From Candidatus Vogelbacteria bacterium (lineage in GTDB: Bacteria > Patescibacteriota > Minisyncoccia > Phycocordibacterales > XYD1-FULL-46-19), in NCBI GenBank assembly GCA_903864935.1, contig CAIPHT010000017.1, forward strand, positions 16,096-80,095: 64,000 nucleotides of DNA, given 5' to 3'. Shown piece by piece: positions 12,001-18,730 of this stretch. The notes under the pieces were generated by a model. The model did not search any database. It saw only the letters and a list, made by a program, of their open reading frames with translations, and was not told where the DNA came from. Within the stretch, counting starts at the first letter, position 1; every line of letters starts with the position of its first letter. The position numbers were made by a program, and so were the translations under genes.

Positions 12001-12128
12001 TTGAGATGAAGGCGAAGTTCTCTTTGCCCGCGCTCTTCAATTTACAGAATATTTTATTGGCCGGAATCTTAATCGTTCTCGTCTACTTTGCTGTCCTTTT
12101 TACTTGGCGACGCAAAAGGCAAATTTAG
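1..12128 (+). CDS. Giant repetitive cell-surface protein, 5' end outside the window. It has Thr/Gly/Asn-rich beta-helix-like repeats, Ig-like modules, a C-terminal carboxypeptidase-regulatory-like domain and a C-terminal TM anchor.
   Basis: Continuous ORF of more than 4037 aa in frame from the window edge. The track start at 15 is only the first TTG, and upstream codons continue the repeat pattern NTVSLILNGTNTLTYN. Large tandem modules of about 330-650 aa recur, e.g. LVLNGANTLTYN...WKTDGYNLT.GG...KTLDATSGATSTRNSTITVGGNW. The C-terminal segment has the ...GRYAF..PPGEYYL.. pattern typical of CarboxypepD_reg-like folds. The last ~25 aa are hydrophobic (ILLAGILIVLVYFAVLF), followed by RRKRQI. Confidence 0.8.
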   Translation, partial: NTVSLILNGTNTLTYNHLPTFYQNGFKNLTVGQSGGTTTLVTTNSAYGLAVRSVLAIGSGSLTGSGVANTLSNGDLWLVGSNPLSFDANSRISVPNLRFWNTATIPSLTNGYDCNIVVDYNSGVTQTGNVVLNGTKSLFVSGENAPARTPSWNTAGYNLSVGGNIQIGANGGGDTGLKTLNATGAGGRNSTITVGGDWLNYGTGSASSTFVADNSTVIFNKTSGTQNLTSGGSSFYNLTHSGAGTLKLLANALTVTHDLTNSGGTLDSNGQTINVAGTWSNTASFLHGSSTVNFTGTDQGIFGTSTFYNLTKTVTTAATLTFEAAKTQVIAGVLTLQGALNQLLSLVSSVAGTAFSLNPLNISTLNFLSVQDFTNASSTPLILTNSRNISGTTNLVFGPTTVTWTGTTNTNWSVGTNWDVGYVPNATDNVIIANTANQPVLSTSTSANTITVNSGATLAVGTYNLAITGTSTINGTLTIGNSAGTGWTTTNLIIGANGTASSTANGTIYYNQVTVTGTLSPDATGVYTVVGMYNGYPYYRRGTDNYYVYYNMTGSGFDYYRIGTALGSTYPVWNFVVTQGLFNLPSSSYFNSGTTGTATVANVTASGEYTRLNNSKITISGNYDQSATSSKFLAASSLITVNGNGTFTADGTVAPTQYNGASLVLNGANTLTYNSLGPVVQNGFNNLTVAQNGSTTTLAGNWAYGVKNLLTVGSGTLTGKVLYLSSNNPLSVDASAHILTVMAFYGTGNSIPIPSCAGYGQLSVYNSGTVIQMGNIIATQLFLNADGSTGLSATWKTDGYNLTLGGSVTIGASSDSGRKTLDATSGATSTRNSTITVGGNWINYGNGTAPSQFIAASSTVVMTGTGASGAITSGSSTSAFYNLTINGTGGTYTLQDAASVAGNLNVTAGTLAIGANNLAVTGSSTITSTLTLGTASSTGWTTGDLNLGASGTITSNATTYYNQVTVSGTSNPDVSGTYTFSGTYNGRPYYRRGSDNWYVWYNNDTYLRYYITSAVGSRTGNIWSNGTQMSSPIIPGTYDPNNGATGNPVIANVTASGIYYGATSDVTISGNYTQTAGGYFNAGPSLITQNGNGTFTADGNNDATKSLQFNNASLVLNGANTLTYNNLSATYANGFNNLTCGQNGNTTITSGTFSIQSLVTIGSGTLTGGQIFLYGATPLSFDVASHLSSSYIWFTRYSTQTIPFLTNGYDSNIILNGTPVIQNSDITINPNKNLQILGGASSVSTYNTNGYNLTVGGLVQIGAGSDTGLKKLDATSGATSTRNSTITVGGNWTNYGSGSAPSQFVAASSTVIFNSTATGKTITSGTTNSPFNAVQFNGVGGAWTLQDNLTATSTTLTNGNLIDNAKTVTVNGNISVANTAGLLTSTGPWVQGASGNLSNPNTGNPFYALTIAGSGVTTTLTGNVNVGNSTIGGATTIGGITTAGKLTGNYNLNIAAAVNDALTVNNLTADSQISNLILGVRGGDRTQKAITVSNNLVAGDIRIATNAGYNLTATGNWNLGNNMVGFDSGATGLTHYTDMASYTLTAGVLQIGENLSPGYLKLGSSASHSISSITNDSGYSTCKLELGSSNLAISGNVDLTGITVTPGSSTFTFNGAGLQTLTTNNQSFYNLTHSGAGTLKLLANALTVTHDLTNSGGTLDSNGQTINVAGTWSNTASFLHGSSTVNFTGTDQGIFGTSTFYNLTKTVTSAATLTFEAAKTQIIAGVLTLQGALNQLLSLVSSVSGTAFSLNPLNISTLNFLSVQDFTNASSTPLILTNSRNISGTTNLIFGPTTVTWTGTTNTNWSVGTNWDVGYVPNATDNVIIANTANQPVLSTSTSANTITVNSGATLSVGTYNLAITGTSTINGTLTIGNSAGTGWTTTNLVIGANGTASSTANGTIYYNQVTVSGNSSPSANGTYTVAGIYNGTPYYSLGNNWYIWRRVSDNWMIGPSLDVPTTAGWYLSGSLVGSYFVYANPGFSGAPVVANVTSSGEYTRLNNSKITISGNFDQSTTTSKFLAASSIITINGNGTFTADGTVNSAQYNGASLVLNGANTVTYNNVSSNTSNGFNNLTGGQGGNTTNLYGATAFNFTVINSLTIGNGTIGGANALLYLLSANPLNVSSGSIINNYALVFYGTNQYIPAITIGSNLASVIVGGTNNTVTQTGDVVISNGNLQINGTGSNNRTDKWNTNGYNLNVGNNLEIGYTSNNGLQQLDATSDATSTRNSTITVKGNWLNYGTGAVKSKFIAASSTVVFIATSTTRTITNGSTTSPFYNLTINGSGSTFTLADNASVNGALTVTAGTLAIGTNDLAVTGSSTINGALTQGTSANTGWTTGDLNLGASGTITSNATTYYNQVTVSGTLSPDASGTYSIQAGTVNGFPYYKRSDSAYYVWNTSGRWVISSVVGNWLTVSSWIYSQPLLAPNGTYTPSGSPTPTGNATVANVTASGIYYGATSKVTLSGNYTQTAGGYFNAGPSLITVNGNGNFTADGNNDATKSQQFNNTSLVLNGINTLTYNHIYVGSLNGFNNLTVGQSTNTTTFVSDSNFSIRETLTVGTGTFYSTTNGNFYMYGNTPLIVDAASHISLPGGHYLYFYGASSTIPALANNGYDCSLAVRGTNATITQTGNIVINGSNTLTVGLSAISSVDTWKTDGYNLTAGGGLYIGTGSDTGRKTLDATSGSTSTRNSIITTGGNWLNYGNSADSANSSRFIAASSTVIFNSTATGKAITSGANASSYPFNAVQFNGVGGAWTLQDNLTATSTTLTNGNLIDNGKTVTVNGNISVANTANLLTSTGSWIQGVSGSISNPLSGNAFYSLTIAGSGVTTTLSADVRVGYNGGGYVTIGPGTLNGAYTLNIYPRANDVITVNNLNASSQIAGMFIRALNSGLTQKAMTLPNNFVTGTIRFRNDSNNLTASGDWNLGNNSVTVDSLVGTPILYTDMGSNSLTAGAITLGGSGGWNGYLKLGSSLTNSIASISAYDSSSNGNKLNLGTGSTAVSGNINFTGVTVTPNSSTINLTGTSTQTVISSGQSFYNLTHSGSGTMLLADSLVATGAFNHNAGALNPAGWNINTTGNFIIADGAQVTASGLNSSVYYNQVQVTGTLTPDATGVYTYAGMYNNAPYYRRGSDSYYISFSTNGRWYIGDTLIPQGTGIFWPSNTGIQYLNSTYGNHTGTTSGAPVVANVTAAGFIGSTFTIGGDFNVTGHSGALLALNPSNTWYLNVAGVATANYVNAAYSNASGGHSVTQVNSTDSGHNSNWVFDATAPSTTASATSGGSSYSFGTWTGSDVTVALSCADNVGGTGCAAGYPKYCVDTDNSCTPSTAYVAPLTISSAGETYIRYYSVDVAGNIESIQSRIIQIDKSNSIISNLAPATGATITKSGQTVTFTTDKSSTCRFATSPKSYDNMSGDYSCSVANSIQMSCALPNFNNYGTQDLYFACADALGNEDSAETATHVIYNIPTPPHSGGGGYVQIIFPTIPTLATPPAGPFKVKINDGALVTREKKVTLNLTTSPDTTAVIISTSPDFSNAVTLPIIPSLSGQTSLEYDLCQGSQSCLNKSYTIYTKFLSASGADSPAFSAQTYLNITSLADQVGGFTNQLSEGFSNLVGFFAPKPANVFSLPPIGVAVSSSTPLAFQGKWNLVPTPMSNFVFASLPSDFLAVAKKFPQVVGALSKVGITRMNGVEQLQVAKISLPGLAESAGLPVAQNVAVADFSRAELKKVPSNIIFARAGENNLDLNVKLSINNQGTAIQTVNTIQGHPLTLAIKPDHPAERVKGYLIFKTSKVADRGKASSSLEASPRTARASSLLASIANAMPDFAVGFVEAMDIKASSVPVSPETTPDLVLSSFDYKDSGNGIWTADVASPLVLGQYELRTEVDYVNKKDKPETVSMVVVVDPEGYVYRKLADGSEARITGAKVSIFWLPPSPKASARQGNPSYELWPATKFRQDNPQTTDVTGRYAFLVPPGEYYLTATVSGYGDYKSEIFKVEENKGVFMNIEMKAKFSLPALFNLQNILLAGILIVLVYFAVLFTWRRKRQI

Positions 12129-12221
12129 AAAATATGTTAAACCAAAAGTTTAAAAAAATTATTAAGAAGTGCTATAATTAAAAATAATAATCCCGTCAAG
12201 CGGGAGAAGAAAATAAAAAAC

Positions 12222-12587
12222 ATGTCAACACAGAAAAAAACACTACACTTTGTTCTAATTACTATCATTGTCTTAGCCTTGGTCTTCTTAGGTTGGCAAT
12301 ACATCTCGCTTAGTCAGAAATTGCAGGTGGCGGAGAAGGTGGTGGCTGGCCAACAAACTAATAAGAAGGTTCTCGCTTTCTCGGAGCTCTTTGTCACCAA
12401 TGTTTTGCAGGGTGGTTCATCGGTCTCCTTCGATCAACGTCTCCAGCTTGAGAATGCTGTCCGTGATATCAACGATCCCAAGATCTATGCGGCTTGGCAG
12501 AACTTCACTAATGCCAAGGATCAGGCCCAGATTCAACAAAATTTCTATGTTCTCTTCAGCCTGCTCCTAAAGAAAATTGAAGCTTAA
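12222..12587 (+). CDS. small hypothetical protein with N-terminal TM helix
   Basis: 121 aa ORF with a hydrophobic N-terminus (LHFVLITIIVLALVFLGW), preceded by a TGn-TATAAT-like element at about 12171-12179. No recognisable family. Confidence 0.45.
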   Translation: MSTQKKTLHFVLITIIVLALVFLGWQYISLSQKLQVAEKVVAGQQTNKKVLAFSELFVTNVLQGGSSVSFDQRLQLENAVRDINDPKIYAAWQNFTNAKDQAQIQQNFYVLFSLLLKKIEA

Positions 12588-12588
12588 A

Positions 12589-13230
12589 ATGTATACACTA
12601 CCCAAATTAAATTATGAGCTCGACGCGCTGGAGCCTTACTTGGATAAGGAGACGATGGCGCTTCATTATGGCAAGCATCATCAAACTTATTGCGATAAAT
12701 TAAATGGCGCGTTAGAAAAATATCCTGAGTTGGCCGAGAAACCAGCTGAGGAGTTATTAAAAGATTTAAGTAATTTGCCTGAAGAAATAAGGAAGCCTGT
12801 GCAAAATTTTGGCGGGGGATTCGTGAATCACAATTTCTTCTGGAGTATTATTACTTCGCCACGCCAGAGTCTCAACGAAGGCGGGTCAACGAGTAGTGAA
12901 GAGAATATCCCAACTGGCGAATTAGCGCAAAAAATTACTGAGCAATTTGGCAGTTTCGAAGATTTCAAAAAACAAGTAAGCGACAAGGCTCTTGGCCTCT
13001 TCGGTTCGGGTTGGGTCTGGCTTGTGCTTAATAAAGAGGGGAATTTAGAAATCACCACCACCCCTAATCAAGACTCACCTCTATCTGTTGGGCAAAAACC
13101 GCTCCTAACGATTGACGTTTGGGAACACGCTTATTATCTTAAGTATCAGAACCGCCGAGCCGAGTTCGTGACCGCCATTTGGTTCGTTTTTAATTGGCCG
13201 TTTATAGAAAATTTATTCACTTCTAAATAG
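12589..13230 (+). CDS. sodA: Fe/Mn superoxide dismutase
   Basis: N-terminus YTLPKLNYELDALEPY..HYGKHHQTY. C-terminal DVWEHAYYLKYQNRRAEF motif, which marks the Fe/Mn SOD family. The start is moved to the second ATG at 12589, immediately after the upstream ORF stop. Confidence 0.9.
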   Translation: MYTLPKLNYELDALEPYLDKETMALHYGKHHQTYCDKLNGALEKYPELAEKPAEELLKDLSNLPEEIRKPVQNFGGGFVNHNFFWSIITSPRQSLNEGGSTSSEENIPTGELAQKITEQFGSFEDFKKQVSDKALGLFGSGWVWLVLNKEGNLEITTTPNQDSPLSVGQKPLLTIDVWEHAYYLKYQNRRAEFVTAIWFVFNWPFIENLFTSK

Positions 13231-13268
13231 TGTTTTTTCTCTGATTTTGTGCTATTATCCTAATTAAT

Positions 13269-14051
13269 ATGGATATTAAAGACCTTAATCGTAGCCAATT
13301 TTTGTTGTTACTTCTTCTTATTATGTTCGTTTCGTCTATCACGACGGCGATTGTCACTGTTACCTTGATGGATCAATCACCGAACGCCGGAGTCTCCAAC
13401 ACTATCAATCGAGTTATTGAGCGCGTGATCCCCGGAGCCACCACTACAATTGTGCGGATTGTCAGAGAGACTCCTTCTGCGAGTGAGGGCGAACAGATTG
13501 TTAAAGCGATGGAAATTGTTGCTCCCTCAGTTGTTCGCCTCGATCGTAAGACTGATAAAGGGACGGAGAGTCTTGGCACCGGTTTTGTTGTCCGGGGTGA
13601 TATTGTGGCCACGGCACTTAAGAACCTCCCTGATGATGTTGCCGGCGTGACAATAACCAAGGGTGGGATCGCGGTCAGTGGTGACGTGGTTAAGCGAGAT
13701 GTAGCTGACAATATTGCTCTTATCCGTTTTGCCGCGACTAGTAGTTTGCCAACAGACAGATTGCTCTTTACTAAGAATTTGCCTGCCAGTGGTGCGACCA
13801 GTGTGGCCCTCGCTTATTCTGACAACGGGAGTCCTGAGATTATGATGGGAATTATCATGGGGATTATTCAAACAAACTCAACCTCCACACCAGGGATTAA
13901 TGCTGGTGTTATTCGCACCGGTTCGGTGATTGGAGATAATATTGGTGGACCGGTTATCAATACGGCCGGCGAGATTGTCGGTATTGGCATCTCTCGAGGC
14001 TACGCTCTCTCGGCGAGCGCTCTCCAGGCCATCGTTGACCAAATCAAATAA
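13269..14051 (+). CDS. membrane-anchored HtrA/trypsin-fold domain protein, predicted catalytically inactive
   Basis: N-terminal TM segment, then a region alignable by eye to the S1C protease core (GTGFVV..., ...DNIGGPV..GEIVGI). The His of the TNAHV motif is absent (GDIVATA). The Ser of GNSGGP is replaced by Ile (DNIGGP). There is no PDZ domain. Confidence 0.55.
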   Translation: MDIKDLNRSQFLLLLLLIMFVSSITTAIVTVTLMDQSPNAGVSNTINRVIERVIPGATTTIVRIVRETPSASEGEQIVKAMEIVAPSVVRLDRKTDKGTESLGTGFVVRGDIVATALKNLPDDVAGVTITKGGIAVSGDVVKRDVADNIALIRFAATSSLPTDRLLFTKNLPASGATSVALAYSDNGSPEIMMGIIMGIIQTNSTSTPGINAGVIRTGSVIGDNIGGPVINTAGEIVGIGISRGYALSASALQAIVDQIK

Positions 14052-14057
14052 TTATTT

Positions 14058-14089
<32 letters not shown>

Positions 14090-14125
14090 TTAATTAGGTC
14101 AATTAGTAATTAGACATTTTCTTGT

Positions 14126-16804
14126 ATGCCTCCATTTCAAAATTTCACAACTAAAGCCCGCGAAGTTATACGTCGAGCCCATGAGCTGGCTATTGAGCGT
14201 GGGCAAAATCAGGTTAACCCCTTCCATCTGTTGGCGGCTTTGTTGTTGCAAGAAGAGAGTATGGTTGTCTCAATTCTTGATAAATTAGAGGTTGATTCAC
14301 TTTCGCTAACCGATCACGTTTTGGACAGTATTGAGGCCTTTGGTGCGGGCAATGTGATGAGCCCCTCCTATCAGATTTATCTTACACCAGAGCTTGTTCG
14401 TATTTTTGACACCTCAGCGAAGATTGCCAGTAATTTGAATGAAGAATTTGTTTCGACCGAGCACTTGCTCCTGGCGCTTCTTGATGTCCCAAGTCCGGCG
14501 CGAGATCTCCTAACTCGTTTTAAAATTAGTAATGACGCTGTCTTAAATATTGTCCAAGAAATTAAAGCGGGCAACATCACTCCTGGGGCTAATCAAAAGA
14601 AGACCAAAGCGATTGAGAAATTCACCAAGAACCTTACCGACCTAGCGCGTGCTGACAAACTTGATCCGGTCATCGGTCGTGATGAAGAAATCCGTCGCGT
14701 GATGGAGATACTTTCTCGTCGCACCAAGAATAATCCGGTCTTGGTGGGTGAGGCGGGCACGGGCAAGACGGCTATTGCTGAGGGCTTGGCCTTGCGCATT
14801 GCTAAGGGTGAGGCGCCCGATTCTCTGCGCGACCGCGAGATTGTCTCGCTTGATCTTGGCATGCTCTTGGCTGGTACCAAGTATCGTGGTGAATTCGAAG
14901 AGCGTCTAAAAAATATAATTAAAGAAATTGAGAAATCTGAAGGTAAGATAATTCTTTTTATCGACGAAATTCATACTATTGTTGGCGCTGGTGCCGCTGA
15001 GGGGGCCGTGGACGCTTCGAATATGTTGAAGCCGGCTCTGGCCCGTGGCGAATTGCGCACTATTGGGGCGACCACGATTAAGGAATATCAAAAATATATT
15101 GAGAAGGACCAGGCCCTGACGCGTCGCTTCCAACCGGTTGTTGTCGAAGAGCCAAGTATTGAGGATGCTATCACTATCCTGCGCGGGGTCAAAGATAAGT
15201 ATGAATTGCATCATGGCGTGCATATTACCGATGGCGCGATTGTCGCGGCCGTCAACTTGTCGAGCCGTTATATTACCGACCGTTTCTTGCCAGATAAAGC
15301 GATTGACTTAATTGACGAGGCGGCTAGTGCCCTTCGTCTTCAGCTTGAGAATAAGCCCGCGGCGCTTGAAGATGGCGAACGCAAAATTATGCGTCTTGAA
15401 GTTGAGAAAGAGGCGATGAAGAAGGAGGTCAAATTGTCTGACGACAAGGAGGCCAAGACGCGGATTAAAGAAATAGATAAGAGCATTGGTGAGCTTAAAG
15501 AGACAATTCGTGAGCTTGAATTAAAGTGGAAGAATGAGAAACAAATCATCAGCGAGATTCGTAGCTCCAAGGCTGAGCTAGAGAAATTGCGTCTTGAAGC
15601 GAGTCACGCCGAGATGCGTGCGGACCTGTCTCGGGCCGCCGAGATTCTCTATGGCCGTATCCCTGAGATTAACAAAGCGCTCAAGCTCAAAGAGCAGAAA
15701 TTGAAGAAGCTCCAGAGCGCGCGCAAAATTTTGAAGGAGGAGGTGGGCGATGAAGAGATTGCCAAAGTTGTCTCACGCTGGACCGGTATCCCCGTGATGA
15801 AGATGCTTGAAGAAGAGACCGACAAATTGGCTCGTGTGGAGGAGGAATTGAAGAAGCGGGTGCGGGGCCAAGCCGAAGCAGTTGATCGCGTTGGAGAAGC
15901 CGTTAAGCGGTCTCGCGCCGGTATCTCTGACCCTGACCGTCCGATTGGCTCCTTCATGTTCTTAGGCCCTTCTGGTGTCGGTAAGACAGAATTGGCCCGT
16001 GCCTTGGCTGGCTTTCTCTTCAATGATGAGAAGGCGCTTATCCGCGTGGATATGTCGGAGTATATGGAGAAATATTCGGTCTCTAAACTTATTGGTTCGC
16101 CTCCCGGTTATGTTGGTTATGAAGAGGGGGGTAACTTGACCGAGATTGTGCGTCATCGCCCTTATTCGATTCTTCTTTTTGATGAAATTGAGAAGGCTCA
16201 TCCTGAAGTTTTCAATGTGTTACTCCAGGTTCTTGATAATGGACGCCTGACCGATGCCAAGGGGCGAACTGTTAATTTTAAGAATACCATTATTATTATG
16301 ACCTCCAATATTGGCAGTCAATTTATCAAGAATTATCAGCGCATTGGTTTCTCGAGCGGTGATGAGGGTGCCGATTTTGGCGCTGTCAAGACGAAGATTG
16401 AAGAAAGTTTGCGCGAACACTTCCGTCCTGAATTCTTAAATCGTCTTGATGAGATTGTTGTCTTCAGTCCGTTGTCCAAGGAGACATTGCGTGAGATTGT
16501 TGATTTGCAACTTGATATTGTGCGTGAGCGTTTAATTAAGAAGGGGATTAAGTTAGATGTTTCTGACGAGGTTATGAATTTCTTGTCGGGCGAAGGTCAT
16601 AACCCAGAGTATGGCGCTCGACCGTTGAAGCGTTTGATTCAGAGCAAAATTTTGAATCCGGTGGCTCAATTCATCATTGGTAAGAAGATTGATGGGGGAG
16701 GGATTGTCACTGTCTCGCTCAAAGACGGGGTGCCTTTTGTCGAATTAACTAAAGCGGTTAAATCTAAGATTAATCCAAGAGTTAAGACCGGGGGAACAAA
16801 ATAA
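14126..16804 (+). CDS. Hsp100/Clp AAA+ chaperone with two ATPase modules (ClpB/ClpC family)
   Basis: Two Clp_N repeats and D1 Walker A ([15 protein letters not shown]). A long coiled-coil middle domain of about 120 aa, which is ClpB-like. D2 Walker A ([15 protein letters not shown]) and a Clp D2-small domain. D2 also contains [10 protein letters not shown], an IGF-type ClpP-docking loop, which is ClpC/ClpA-like. Confidence 0.9.
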   Translation: MPPFQNFTTKAREVIRRAHELAIERGQNQVNPFHLLAALLLQEESMVVSILDKLEVDSLSLTDHVLDSIEAFGAGNVMSPSYQIYLTPELVRIFDTSAKIASNLNEEFVSTEHLLLALLDVPSPARDLLTRFKISNDAVLNIVQEIKAGNITPGANQKKTKAIEKFTKNLTDLARADKLDPVIGRDEEIRRVMEILSRRTKNNPVLVGEAGTGKTAIAEGLALRIAKGEAPDSLRDREIVSLDLGMLLAGTKYRGEFEERLKNIIKEIEKSEGKIILFIDEIHTIVGAGAAEGAVDASNMLKPALARGELRTIGATTIKEYQKYIEKDQALTRRFQPVVVEEPSIEDAITILRGVKDKYELHHGVHITDGAIVAAVNLSSRYITDRFLPDKAIDLIDEAASALRLQLENKPAALEDGERKIMRLEVEKEAMKKEVKLSDDKEAKTRIKEIDKSIGELKETIRELELKWKNEKQIISEIRSSKAELEKLRLEASHAEMRADLSRAAEILYGRIPEINKALKLKEQKLKKLQSARKILKEEVGDEEIAKVVSRWTGIPVMKMLEEETDKLARVEEELKKRVRGQAEAVDRVGEAVKRSRAGISDPDRPIGSFMFLGPSGVGKTELARALAGFLFNDEKALIRVDMSEYMEKYSVSKLIGSPPGYVGYEEGGNLTEIVRHRPYSILLFDEIEKAHPEVFNVLLQVLDNGRLTDAKGRTVNFKNTIIIMTSNIGSQFIKNYQRIGFSSGDEGADFGAVKTKIEESLREHFRPEFLNRLDEIVVFSPLSKETLREIVDLQLDIVRERLIKKGIKLDVSDEVMNFLSGEGHNPEYGARPLKRLIQSKILNPVAQFIIGKKIDGGGIVTVSLKDGVPFVELTKAVKSKINPRVKTGGTK

Positions 16805-16820
16805 AGGGATTCTCCTTCCT

Positions 16821-16867
16821 GCGCACAAGAAAAAAAGCGACCAAAGTCGCCCTTTTTTCTTGTGCGC
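16821..16867. terminator. Long GC hairpin (gcgcacaagaaaaaa...ttttttcttgtgcgc) between the Hsp100 gene and tRNA-Tyr, plausibly a bidirectional terminator.
   Basis: Inverted repeat of about 21 bp arms with A/T runs on both sides. It overlaps the 3' end of the minus-strand tRNA. Confidence 0.6.
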
Positions 16868-16945
16868 AGGGAGGGATTCGAACCCCCGTAGGCCGAAGCC
16901 GAGTGATTTACAGTCACTTGCAATTGACCACTCTGCCACCTGCGC
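16863..16945 (-). tRNA. tRNA-Tyr (anticodon GTA), long variable arm
   Basis: The minus-strand sequence GCGCAGG..GGCAGAGTGGTCAA..AGTGA-CTGTAAA-TCACT..long arm..GGGGGTTCGAATCCCTCC-CTGCGC-A folds as a class II tRNA. Anticodon loop is CUGUAAA. Confidence 0.85.
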
Positions 16946-16985
16946 ATATTTAATTGTAAAATCTCACAAAAAGTAAGACAAACAA

Positions 16986-17041
16986 GTCACTTGCAATTGA
17001 CTTCACCCCGCCACGGCGGGGCAGGCTCTGCCACCTGCGCA
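16986..17041 (-). repeat. Partial duplicate of the tRNA-Tyr 5' region (nt 1-16 and 19-34), split by a 24-nt insertion containing a CCCCGCC-GTG-GCGGGG hairpin.
   Basis: The 16-nt blocks tgcgcaggtggcagag and gtcaattgcaagtgac (tRNA sense) match the tRNA gene exactly, 40-70 nt upstream of it. No T-arm follows, so this is not a second tRNA. Confidence 0.7.
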
Positions 17042-17111
17042 AATGAACCTCTTAATCTTAAAACAAAAAGCCTCTTTTCGCAACTTTGGTTTGTTGTTTT
17101 ACGTCAACTCC

Positions 17112-17140
17112 TTGACATTGTGTCAAGTATGGTATATAAT
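17112..17140 (+). promoter_or_regulatory. Consensus sigma70-type promoter: TTGACA, 17-nt spacer, TATAAT. The -35 lies inside the small palindrome TTGACAttgTGTCAA.
   Basis: cttgacattgtgtcaagtatggtatataat read directly. It sits about 110 nt upstream of the 17249 CDS. Confidence 0.65.
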
Positions 17141-17197
17141 AAGTAAGGATGATAAAAGGCAGGCTAAGTGGCCTGTTTTTTGCCTAATTTAAGAGTG

Positions 17198-17226
17198 AAA
17201 TGTCCAACATCCGATGTTGGACATTT
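17198..17226. repeat. 29-nt perfect palindrome AAATGTCCAACAT-CCG-ATGTTGGACATTT (copy 1). It lies in the leader between the promoter and the RBS of the 17249 gene.
   Basis: 13-bp arms with a 3-nt centre. A second copy is at 18731-18758. Confidence 0.9.
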
Positions 17227-17248
17227 GAACATTGAAAAGGAGGAAAAG

Positions 17249-17566
17249 ATGAAGACAAACGCCGTTTTTTTGGGTATGTTGGTGGTCGCCATTGTCCTTT
17301 TGGCCCTGCAGTTTTGTCGGCCTGAAGTGATCGTTGCACCACCGGCTACTTCCACAACCACGACGACCCGTGTCGTCACCCCTCACCCCGTCTCTGAGCC
17401 GCTGGCCGTTAGGCCTGCGTCTCTGCCTGTTCCGACACTGTCGCCAGTTGCGCAATTGTCGGAAGTTGATCAGAAGTTGGACCAAAATGGTTTCGCCCTA
17501 TCGGCGGAGACCCATAAGATGTCGGTGCGTCTACCTGTCGCGTCGGCAAAAAACATCAACAAGTAG
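17249..17566 (+). CDS. small secreted or membrane-anchored Thr/Pro-rich hypothetical protein (GC-rich cassette gene 1)
   Basis: AAGGAGG RBS 6-7 nt upstream of the ATG. N-terminal hydrophobic segment (AVFLGMLVVAIVLLALQF). GC-rich relative to its surroundings. The track ORF began at an earlier in-frame ATG at 17168 that overlaps the palindrome. Confidence 0.55.
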   Translation: MKTNAVFLGMLVVAIVLLALQFCRPEVIVAPPATSTTTTTRVVTPHPVSEPLAVRPASLPVPTLSPVAQLSEVDQKLDQNGFALSAETHKMSVRLPVASAKNINK

Positions 17567-17581
17567 AAGGAGATTGAAGAG

Positions 17582-18646
17582 ATGAAGAAGATGTTGTTTG
17601 TGCTCGCATTGGCCCTCGTGGTCGTTGCCACGCCCGTTTGGGCGGCCCCTACCGAGGACGAACTCCTGCGTATGGCCAGCGCCTACGCTGGTCTCAACGT
17701 GACGCAGTATGAGGGGGACTTCGGGTTTACTCGGCTCCTTGTGAACGGATCGACACAGTTGGTCAACGGGAGCTTCACCATGATGGCAAACGGCGAGATC
17801 CCTCGCCTAGTCATCAATGGCGAGCAGGTCGTGGATTGGGGCGACGAGCCGTTGAGTGGTCTCCCTGAGAACAAAGTGGGCAGCGCGACCGATTACCACG
17901 TCCAGCTTAACGGCTGGGACGGGGAGTTGGGTCGCTACGTGACCTATGGGTGGTTCCAAGTCCCGCTCATGAAGCCGGGCGATCCCATTGCGGTTCAACT
18001 CTCCCTGTATTTTCAAGAGAGGCTTGTCAGCTTCGATCTCGACGGTCGACCGGCGGGCTCGGTGGTCTTGCGTATTATCGGCGACTCACGCTTCAGTTAC
18101 GATACCAATCGTGGCGCCTTCGATGTCTGGGTGGATCCAGCTTCGGCCGGTGACTACGAGATTGTCGATGTCGCCAGCGGAGAAGTACTGGCTACCGGGA
18201 GCATTCAGGTTGGTGCGAGCGGTAACAACACGGTCAATGCCATAATGCCCAACGGCATTAAGGAGTTGATCCCCGCCGGTGAGGACAGCATGTCTTGGTC
18301 CAACCAGAATTTCCAAGCCGTGAGTACTGGCAAGGCCTGGGTGCCGATGTTGGTCTACGTTGCTCGTGCCTACGGCTCTGGTCTGTCCATTGGTCCCAAT
18401 TTGCCATTCGGTGGGACCATTAACGTCTATTCGGTTGACGGTGACGAGTCAAAACTCGTACTCACAAAGGATGTCCCGATGAGTGTCGAGGTACCCTTTC
18501 CCGGTGGCGTGGGCAAGGCCGGTGGTTCCAATGTCGAGGTTCCCGCCGGCTTTGACCATCTCGTAATCCAGGTTGTCGGCAACGACAACAGCTGGAACAC
18601 TTCCTTCAGTCTCTGGGCCTGCCGCAATGGCGGTGGCAAAGGCTGA
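17582..18646 (+). CDS. secreted hypothetical protein, 354 aa, with a cleavable-looking signal peptide (GC-rich cassette gene 2)
   Basis: AAGGAG RBS. Signal peptide MKKMLFVLALALVVVATPVWAAP. Clearly higher GC than the neighbouring genes. No family recognised. Confidence 0.65.
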   Translation: MKKMLFVLALALVVVATPVWAAPTEDELLRMASAYAGLNVTQYEGDFGFTRLLVNGSTQLVNGSFTMMANGEIPRLVINGEQVVDWGDEPLSGLPENKVGSATDYHVQLNGWDGELGRYVTYGWFQVPLMKPGDPIAVQLSLYFQERLVSFDLDGRPAGSVVLRIIGDSRFSYDTNRGAFDVWVDPASAGDYEIVDVASGEVLATGSIQVGASGNNTVNAIMPNGIKELIPAGEDSMSWSNQNFQAVSTGKAWVPMLVYVARAYGSGLSIGPNLPFGGTINVYSVDGDESKLVLTKDVPMSVEVPFPGGVGKAGGSNVEVPAGFDHLVIQVVGNDNSWNTSFSLWACRNGGGKG

Positions 18647-18667
18647 TCGCTTCCTTCCTGTTCGAAC

Positions 18668-18697
18668 CAAGCCCCCGACGCAACGCGTCCGGGGGCT
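18668..18697 (+). terminator. GC hairpin (aagcccccgacgc..gcgtccgggggctt) after cassette gene 2, with no clean U-tract
   Basis: Imperfect 13-bp inverted repeat immediately after the stop at 18646. Confidence 0.4.
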
Positions 18698-18730
18698 TTC
18701 TACTTCTCCTTCTTAATATTATAACACAGA

